Positions 54,231 to 64,000 of a stretch of 64,000 nt of DNA are shown piece after piece. The notes beneath the pieces were generated by a model. That model made no database searches, was not told the origin of the DNA, and saw only the letters and a list, made by a program, of their open reading frames with translations. The position numbers and the translations under genes are program-made. Every line of letters starts with the position of its first letter. Within the stretch, counting starts at the first letter, position 1. Source of the DNA: the human T2T-CHM13v2.0 reference genome, Homo sapiens; NCBI RefSeq assembly GCF_009914755.1, contig NC_060934.1; one strand, 5' to 3'.

Positions 54231-55644
54231 AGAAAAAAATTAGGCTGTATTGACTCTGAATTAAGTAGGCACACAATTGCTAGAGTATACATAAATAATG
54301 TGGAGCTTGACTATGTATTCAGAGGTAAGATTGAAATCCAAACTTCCCGTTTGTGAAACATGATAGAAGAAAAAACAAAAATTTCGGTGACCTCACCATT
54401 ATCCTGAGGATTGATTTAAGTTACTTATCAACATGTAAGCTAATGTGTACAGTTATATAAAATGTACATAAATTACAAGTGTATACTTCCTCCCTGCCAC
54501 ATGTTGAATGACATTCTTCACTTGAGTTAACTCATTTTGTATTATTAACAACTAATCTACTACTAATAATCTGTTAATCTATTATTATCTTTTTACCATT
54601 TTATAAATTAGGACATTGAAGATTAAAGAATTTAAATAATTCAATTCACAGAGAGCTTAAATTTGTACCCAGTCTAAACTGCAGCCTGCACACTTAACCA
54701 AAATAAAGTGTCTGTCACAGAATAAGTAATCAGATGAAGCCCACTACTCACTAGTATTCATCTAGTCTTCTGTAACATTTGCTGATATTGGAACAATGTG
54801 TAGTTATGCCTATGATGGCATGAAGGTGTCAACATTTCATGTACCTACTAGAAGTCAACTGGGACATCCTTATACTGTAGATGGTTTCACACAGCCCTAG
54901 AACAAACAGTGATGCCAGTACTTATGAGTATGTTTGAAAGCTTGAAGGAAATCAGGAAACAGGTGACTCATAGTTCCATTTTGATCAAGAGCAGAAGATC
55001 CCAAGAAATCTTAACTGCCTACACTTTATGTATTTAAAACACTTATTGGGCTCACTGAGTACCAAGGTAGCAAAATTCTTAGCCCCAAACTGAGAATAAA
55101 AATAGAAGCCATTGTGGAAAAAGAGCATTATTGTGGAAAGATATAGATACATGAAAAACAGAAAAAAAATAGATGTTTAAGGTAATAATGCCAGAGATAT
55201 CACAAAAGTATCCAGAAATATTGTCCACTTAATTGTAAAGTTATAGAAATCTGAAAGTAAGGAGAGAGAACCTTAGTAAGGTGCCCAGGGAAAAATATGT
55301 GGAAGTGGTAAAAATTAATTGAATTTTTTATAGAAAAAAGAGAGAAATTATTAAAGGCAAAATTAATGTAAAATAAGTGGAGAAGGTCAAGATTTCTGCA
55401 AGGAAGCGTGTTTATCAATGTCAGCAAAAACAATGTGTTTCATGGGTGTAAAACATGAGGCATAATACAATAACATAATGGGCAAATTGATTATAGTAGG
55501 CAAAATTATTATGTTTCTCAAAGGACCTTTCTTCCTTTTAGAAAATAACCCTTTCACCCACCAATCCAGTGCTAATGTTATTCCTGTACCATCTAGCAAG
55601 ATTTTTTCCTGTTTGTTGCTTTATTTTCCAGTTTTTTTAATTTT

Positions 55645-55943
55645 AAATTTTTTTCTTATTATACTTTAAGTTTTAGGATACATGTGCAGAAAGTGCATGT
55701 TTGTTACATAGGTATACACATGCCATGGTGGTTTGCTGCACCCATCAATCCGTCACCTAAATTAGGTATTCTCAGCAAACTAACATAGGAACAGAAAACC
55801 AAACACCGCATGTTCTCACTCATAAGTGGGAATTGAACAATGAGAACACATGGACACAGGGAGGGGAACATCACACACCAGGGTCTGTCGGGGGTGTGGG
55901 CCAGGGGGCTAGGGAAGGCATAGCATTAGGAGGAATACCTAAT
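55645..55943 (-). mobile_element. L1PA7-like short insertion with 5' inversion
   Basis: 55645-55770 is the antisense 3' end plus tail; 55768-55943 is sense-strand 3'UTR; TSD tttttaatttt at 55634-55644 and 55943-55953. Confidence 0.88.
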
Positions 55944-58396
55944 TTTTAATTTTTATAGGTACACTGTAGGTGTATATATTTATGGTGTACATGAGATACT
56001 TTGATAGAGGCATAGAATGCATAGTAATCACATCAGGGAAAATGAAGTATCTGTCACCTCAAACTATTACCATTTCTTTGTTACAAACATTTTGATTATG
56101 CTCTTTTAGTTTCTTTAAAATGTACTACAAATTTTTATTGACCATCGTCATTTTGTTGTGCTATCATACACTAGATCTTCTTTATTTTTATACCCATTAG
56201 TCATCCTCACTTTCCCACCACCATCCCAATGCCCTTCTAAGCCTCTGGTAACCATCATTCTACTCTGTAACTCCATGTATTCAATTGTTTTGAATTTTAG
56301 CTCCCACAAATAAGTGAGAACATGTGAAGTTTGTCTTTCCATGTCTGGCTTATTTTACTTAACATTATGTCCTCCAGTTCCATCCATGTTGCTGCAAATA
56401 ACAGGATCTCATTCATATTTATAGCTAAATAGTCCTCCATTGTGTCTATGTATTGCATTTTTCATATACATTTATCTGCTGACAGACACTTAGGCTACTT
56501 CCAAATCTTGACCATGAGCAGTGCTGCAACAAACATGGGAGTGCAAATGTCTTTTTGATATAATGGTTTCTTTTCTTTGGGATATATATCTAGCAGTAGG
56601 ATTTCTGGATCACATAGTAGTTCTAATTTTAGTTTTCTGAGGAATTTCCAAAATGTTCTCCATAGTAGCTGTACTAATTTACATTCACACAAACAGCATA
56701 TGAGAGTTTCCTTTTCTCCACATCCTTGCCAGCATTTGTTATTGCCTGTCTTTTGGATATAAGCCATTTTAACTGGGATGAGATGATATCTCATTATAGT
56801 TTTAATTTTCATTCCTCTGATAATTAGTGATGTTGAGCACCTTTTCATACGCCTGTTTGCCATTTGTATGTTTTCTTTTGAGAAATGTGTATTCAAATCG
56901 TTGGCCCATTTTTAATTGGATTATTAGATTTTTTCCTTTAGAGTTGTTTGAGCTACTTAGATATTCTGTTTCAGTCCCTTTTAAGATGGATAGTTTGCAA
57001 ATATTTTCTCCCATTCTACGGGTTGTCTTTTCACTGTGTTGATTGTTTCTTTTGCTGTACAGAAGCTTTTTCACTTGATGTGATTTAATTTCTCCATTTG
57101 TGCTTCAGTTGCCTGTGCTTGTGGGGTATTACTCAAGAAATCTTTGCCCATTCCATTGTCCTGGAGAGTTTCCTCAATGTTTTATTTGAGTAGTTTCATA
57201 GTTTGAGGTCTTCAATTTAAAAGTCTTTAACTGATCTTAATTTGATATTTGTATATGGCAAGAGATAGGTGTCTAGTTTCACTATTCTGCATATGGATAT
57301 CCAGTTTTCCTAGTACTATTTAAGAAAGAGACTGTCCTTTCCCCAGTGTAGGTTCTTGGCACTTTTGTTGAAAATGAGTTCACTGTGGATGTATAGATTT
57401 ATTTCTGGGTTCTCTAGTCTGTTACATTTGTATATGTGTCTGTTGTAATGGCAGTAGCATGCTTTTTTGTTACTCTAGCTCTGTGGTATAATTTGAAGTC
57501 AGGTCATTTGTTTACTCCAGTTTTATTCTTTTCACTTAGGCTGGTGTTGGCTACTCTGGATTTTTTGTGTCTCCATATACATTTTTTTGTGTCTCCATAT
57601 ACATTTTAAGATTATTTTTTCTACTTCTATGAAGAATGTCAGTGTTATTTTGATAAAGATTGTATTGAATCTATAGATTGCTTTGGGTAGTATGGATATT
57701 TTGTCAATATTAATTCTTCCAAATTATGAACATAGAATATCTTTCCATTATTTTTACGGTCTCTTCAATTACTTGCAGCAATGTTTTATAGTTTTCATTG
57801 TAGAGATCTTTCTCTTATTTGGTCAAGTTTATTCCTAGATATCTTATTTTATCTGTGGCCTTTGTAAATAGAACTTCTTGGTTTGTTTTTCAGATTGTTT
57901 GCTCTTGGCATGTAGAAATGCTACTGACTTACATATGCTGATTTTGTATCCTGGAACTTTACTGAATTTATCAGTTCTAATAGTTTTTTGGTGGAGTCTT
58001 TAGTCTTCCAAATATAAGAATATATTATCTGCAAACAAGGATAATTTGACTTCTTCCTTTCCAATCTGGATGCCTTTTTTTTTTTCTTGTCTGATTGCTC
58101 TAGCTAGGACTTCCAGTTCTACACTGAATAATAATGGCAAGAGCAGATGTCCTTGTCTTATTCCAGATCTTAGTGGAATGCCTTTCACTTTTTCCTCCAT
58201 TCAGTATGATACTGGCTGGGGGTCTATTCCTTTTATTTCCAGTTTTTTGAGGGTTGTGATCATGAAGGGATGTTGAATTTTATCAAATGCTTTTTCATTA
58301 TCAATGGAAATGATCACAGTATGTTTGTCCTTCATTCTGTTGAAATGATGTATCACATTAATTTATTTGTATATGTTGAATTATCCTTGCATCCCT
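55944..58396 (-). mobile_element. L1MA2/3-type LINE-1, 5'-truncated
   Basis: 3' end gtaggtgtatatatttatggtgtacatgagatac; minus-strand ORF2 peptides ([27 protein letters not shown]..., [13 protein letters not shown]). Confidence 0.9.
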
Positions 58397-58729
58397 CAAT
58401 TTTTCTTTAATAACTAGTTTCTGCCTTGTGACTATATAGCTCTTTGACATCCATTTGATATAAGCCTTCAGCCTGTGTTTGGGAAATGAGACAGAAATTT
58501 TCTTCTTGGAGGTCCCCACGTCCCAGTAGGGGAAAATACTAGAATTGTTAAAATATATATTTAAAACAAGCCTCAAGTTGAAAATATAAACATTTGTGTT
58601 TAATGACGCATAAGATTATAAAAGTTTATTTTATAAAAGTTTATTATATAAAATAAAAATGATAAATTATATGCATGTTATTTACTGCAGTATCTTACAA
58701 ATATATGCAATTTTTCTGTGCTTTCTACC

Positions 58730-58786
58730 TGTGTGTGTGTGTGTGTGTGTGCATGCACTCATGCACACATGCATGCATGTGTGTGT
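58730..58786. repeat. (TG)n / (CATG)n alternating purine-pyrimidine tract
   Basis: (TG)11 followed by the 20-bp palindrome cacacatgcatgcatgtgtg at 58764-58783. Confidence 0.9.
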
Positions 58787-60780
58787 AATAGTCCACCTTT
58801 TTAACTTCAAAATCTCTTAAGCAAATATAAATCAAGCTGTTAATGACCAATAATTCAAGATTACTCTTAGATATTAGCAAAAGGGGCTCAAATGTTTAAA
58901 GCGTCTTAAATATTTAATTTATGAAGAATGCATGAACAATTTTGTCATTTGGGAACAAGGACTCAAGTTTAACATAGCATGACCTGTACCTTAGGGTACA
59001 TCCACTCTGGTTACTAACAATATTCAGGCCCCATAGGCACTCTTCTCTACATCCTTTGTTTTATGTCCTCTGAGTGGCATTAAGGTTGGTTGGTTGCACA
59101 GCTGATGGTGTAAGAGACAAAATGCAATTTTGGAGGGCAGGCAAAATTTTGGAGGGTTGAAATCATTATGTATGAGAAAAAAAACAAGTTAATTGAAATT
59201 CTTTCCCTGAGATAAGAATGCAATACATTCTTGAATTACAAAGTATTAATTCCCAAAATTAATGAACAATGTTTTCTTGCTTTTCTTGTTACTTATAAGT
59301 TAACAGGCTAGTCACAACTTTTGCACAAGGCGGCTATTAAATATTTTGTAAGATAAGCAAATAATGATGCTTTTAAATTTGTATGTATGTTAGACAATAT
59401 ATTGTTAGACAATATTCAGAAAGAAAGGTACAAATTATTTCAGTTATCGACATTGGTAACTAGATGTACTTTGTGCATTAAAAATGTGCTTGTGTATATA
59501 TATGTGTGTATATACAATACAAATAAAATATTAATATTAAACAAATTATATAAAATGTTGATTTTATTTGAATATGGATTTAAAAATTTGATTTCATAAT
59601 ATTAATTTGTATTTTTTCTTAATGTAGATAATATTGGATAATTTAGAAGAAATATTAGTTTTAAAAATATAAAATAATTTTATTTTTTGAAATTTCACAT
59701 CTATTAAATTTAGTTTTAATAAAAGTACATTTGAATTGGTACACTAAAATACATTGTATTTTATTTTTAATATTTTAGATCATTAATGTAAATAAAACAA
59801 ATTATTCAACAATAAATAATATAGCAACAACTTTAATGATTTTTCTGAAATTAAGATAAAAGTGAATTTCATAGAATAAACATATATGTTTTATATGTCT
59901 TAATTTTGTCTCTTACCTCAACTTGCTGATCACTCAGGTGCAACAGCAAATTCAAGCATCTTTGATGTTTTACTAATTGGAATTCATTTTTGTTTTTATT
60001 ATTACTAAGGTACATATTTAAAAAAATTCCTTTAGAACTTTTTTAGTTTGATTTCTAATATTTAACTACTTAGCATATGTTTTGTGATCATAATTTGTTT
60101 GTTCTCTTGGTTTGAGTTCATCAAACCTTAGGGGTGGACATAGACCATTGTCCATTCCAATTTTATTAGCATTTTCTCATGGTTACTGATGTGTCTGGAA
60201 ATCTTGTGCCTTATGACAAAGGAAATAATTTTAAAGGTGAAATTTATGGTAACTTGTCAGAGGAGTAAGAAAGTAGTTTGGGGAATGAGTGTTTTTCTTG
60301 TCATAGAGACATCTGTTAACTGTTTCTTCAAGTCTGAGATCTAAAACACAATTTTGCAATTGACTGCCATGGCGGTTTGTCTTCAAAGGTCTTACAAGAA
60401 TTTTGGGTATCAGAGTGTTTCTCACTCTCTCCTATATATTATTTTTGCACCTTCTAAATATGAGAACATGAAAAGACCTCCACAAGAAGGAAGTCTCAAA
60501 ACTCAAAACTTTTATATACTAAAGTTATGTCATAAATATTTACCTCTTTCTGTTCACATCCATTTCTACTCTTATGCTCTGCCCATATCTCAAGAGTAGT
60601 CTCATTCAAACTACATTTTGAAAGTATCTTTCTCCATAAGCACCTTTATCCACTGCTTTCCTTGCTCACTGCAGCAGACTATATTCGTCCAATATAGTGT
60701 ATGGCACAAGTGTGTAGAGTGGGAGGAGGGGAGGAATCAGATTCTTCTCTCTTTATGTTCTGACAGTCTCTGACAGTGAC

Positions 60781-61284
60781 TGTGTTTTCTCTGTGTTTCT
60801 ATTATCCACCTAATGGGTGTGTTCAGTCCGTTGATGGGTCACAGTCAAATGATCACAACCAAGGAAGATTTAACAAGGAAATTTTATTACTTGCAACAAG
60901 TAAGGAGAACATGGGGGATAATTTCCAAAGCAATGCCTCTCCAAACAGCAATAAAAACAGAGCTTTTATTGGGCTGCTTGGCTGCATCATTGTATGTAGA
61001 GGTGGAGTAAAGGCAGCACAGGTGCAGTAATCAATAATGCTTCTGTACATCCATGTACAGAAAAAGGCAAAGAAGCTTCTCCCTGGGTGGGGATTTAAGT
61101 ATGGTATTACAGAGAGTACACTGAAGTTCATTTCCAACTCAGGTGTCTCTGGATACAACCTTGCTTTAACAGGGCTGGGCTTTTCCCTGGAACTTTTTGA
61201 AGCAACAAAAACTCAAGGTGCAACAGTTACAAGTGGGTACTTTTTCACAATATGTATCTGAAACCCAAGGCACCCTGGATTACA
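60781..61284 (-). mobile_element. MER67-family ERV1 solo LTR
   Basis: Minus strand starts tgtaatccagggtgccttgggtttc...tgtgaaaaagtacccacttgtaactg; plus strand has tttattacttgcaacaagtaaggagaac. Confidence 0.75.
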
Positions 61285-62214
61285 GTTCTAGCCCTTGCTG
61301 GGAAGACACTTCCACCATATTCAGCCTCCCTCTGGCAGCTTGTACCTTGATTCCAGCTCCCGCAATCAAGTTAGAACATTACTTTATTTGTATTTCCAGA
61401 TGTATGAGATCCTACTGCTTCCTACTGTTGCTAATCTTTCAATTGTTTGGGTTATTAAATTTCTTCCACTGAACTTTCTATTATAGGCTCTCTTTTCTAG
61501 TCTGGATCCTGAAGTAGGTGCTCACATCCACTTCTATACTGGTTTCTGATTCAAGCAGCAGAGATAGCAGTTTGAATAGCTGCAAACCTGTGTGTAATGA
61601 CTAATACAATTAAAAGAGGTAATATACTTTCTGGCATCTCATAGAATAGAGTGATGTCCAGTTGCTCAGGGAGTCATTTTAAATTAATTGAATTAGATTA
61701 TAATGACTCTTAAATTGAGACTCATTATGATCAATTGTATAGGTTATATCAGATCTATTTCACTCCAGGTCTTTGCTACATAGTAATATATAAATGCAAT
61801 ATTGAGAAAACCAGTTGAGTGAGGATTTACTACAAACAATTTTCTTTTAGAAGGAGATAAATCCTCTTCGCATGTTGTCTCAAAGTAGCTGTTTATTTGT
61901 AACTGTTGAAGGAAAACTATTATAAATTAAAACTTTTAAGTAAGTCACAGGATTTGTAATCTCTTTCTCTCTGAAATAATTGTTGTTATTAGATTCTATA
62001 AATATTTAGAAATAGCAGATTTGCCTCAGGAAACGTAATAAGACTGTTCTTCTTTTCTCATAAGATATCTGTAACATGATTTATCTAGTCAGTGTGGAGC
62101 CTACAAACTTTCCAAGAAATTCTAATCAATATGATGCCCCATCTCACTTATTACCTCCATTTTAAAATAAGGAATGATGTTAACGTAGTTACATGGAACA
62201 TAGAATGTATCTGA

Positions 62215-62593
<379 letters not shown>

Positions 62594-63689
62594 TAATTCT
62601 TTATGATAGATTTCATCATTTTTCTAAACATGTGTTGCTCCTCATTTAACAATGCATATAAATTTCCACTCTGTTAATCTCAGGAATGGCCGCATGACCC
62701 ACTTGGTCATCATATGTGAGGGAAATGATATGCCATTTTGAGCAGAAAAATTAAATACCACTTCACTGTTATATGCTGATGAGAATTTGAGATTTTTGTT
62801 TATATAGCACACACTACCTTATACTGACTGATCTAATAATTCACATACAATTATTGAGTATGAGGCAGGAAACTATCTTTAGATGTAGATTGGACCCCAC
62901 CTTCATTCAGGGCAGTTGTCAGTTTAGTTGGCTTTCCTATCTCGAATGCAAAAGAGTTGGCTTAAAACTAATCATCCTGAAAGTTCTTTCAGTTTTAAAA
63001 TTATATTATTTTATCTCTACTGAGTATTTCTGAAGTGTCTTATAAAAGAAGAATTTTTCCAACAGCTGTTCTTAATACATTCTCTCTCTTTTTAAATAAC
63101 CTGAGTAAAAGTTGTTCTATTATAATTGCTGTTTTGTAGAGTATAATTTTGTCTTTATGAACAGTCCCAAAACTTTTAACAGTATGTAAGTGACATCTGA
63201 AAAAAATTACCTTTTAGGGTTTATTATGTTTCACAGGGCCTAGTTTGACTTCTAACTGGTAGGTAACTTAGCATTTATTTAAGATTGTGCTTTGAATAAA
63301 AACTGACTTTAGATATATACGCCTACGAATGTACTTAACAGTATTGCTTCCAAAATTAATGATAATTCTATATTAAAGTTTGTATATTTAAATAAAACAA
63401 GTGCTAAAGTTTACACAGAATGAACATGAAGCTAGACTGTAATCCTTATGAGGTTAACCTTTTTTTTTTTTTTACAATTCCTCGTAGATAGTTGGTACTC
63501 ATTAAAAACTATGTTAGTGAATGACATTATAAAGCCAGAATACAGATTATCTTTATTGGAGATATAAAACAGTCATCTCTGATTTTGTACACGAAAATGT
63601 TTTTTGAGCCTAGAAAATACAAAAATGTTAGTTCAGGGATAATGAGTTAAAAATATTGCTGTGCTGCTAGCATTAATTAACTCATTTTT

Positions 63690-63790
63690 CATGCATTTAT
63701 TCATTCACTTGAAAATATTTGTTGAGTTTTTTATTGCTAGGTGATATATTAGGTATTGTGGATACCATAAAACATAGATCAAAACAAAGT
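63690..63790 (-). mobile_element. L2 3' end fragment
   Basis: catttattcattcacttgaaaatatttgttgag...ctaggtgatatattaggtattgtggatac. Confidence 0.55.
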
Positions 63791-64000
63791 TTTCTTATTT
63801 ATTATTAATAAGATGTTAATTTTTTATGATTTCTGATTTATTGATTAGAAAACAACATTACCTTTGGAAAGGATTTATTGAAAATCATGAAGTTATATTA
63901 TTTAGAAAATAAAAGTTTGTATTAAAAAATTATACAACCAAAATATCGATAGTTACATACATTTGCTTTGACATGTTGTTCTTAATGGTTGCTTCACATG

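Noticed and set aside
56495-58200. 133-aa and 66-aa minus-strand ORFs
   Set aside because: Residual L1MA ORF2 frames.

Overview
AT-rich, repeat-dense, non-coding primate genomic DNA, most likely human. The evidence is AluY copies and an L1PA2 fragment, which are hominoid-age elements. I find no credible protein-coding exon, RNA gene or CRISPR array; the supplied ORFs are short frames from Alu, L1, LTR, microsatellite or AT-rich sequence. The window is a layered fossil record of transposable elements: about 14 Alu copies or fragments, L1s from L1ME/MC/MD age to L1PA2, a degenerate ERVL gag-pol body, many solo LTRs (THE1, MST, MLT1, MLT2, MER52, MER61, MER57, MER67), a truncated ERV1 provirus end, and DNA transposons (Tigger3b, MER1B, MER44, MER5). 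I see no new biological system. The most notable structures are a cryptic ~400-bp inversion with flanking deletions that splits one Alu and one L1MD (32173-32700), a twin-primed inverted L1PA7 (55645-55943), an orphan L1 5'UTR fused to an older L1 (18350-18663), and a pristine ~140-bp L1PA2 insertion (17711-17848). Subfamily names come from recalled consensus features and need RepeatMasker/Dfam confirmation. Boundaries of old elements are approximate.
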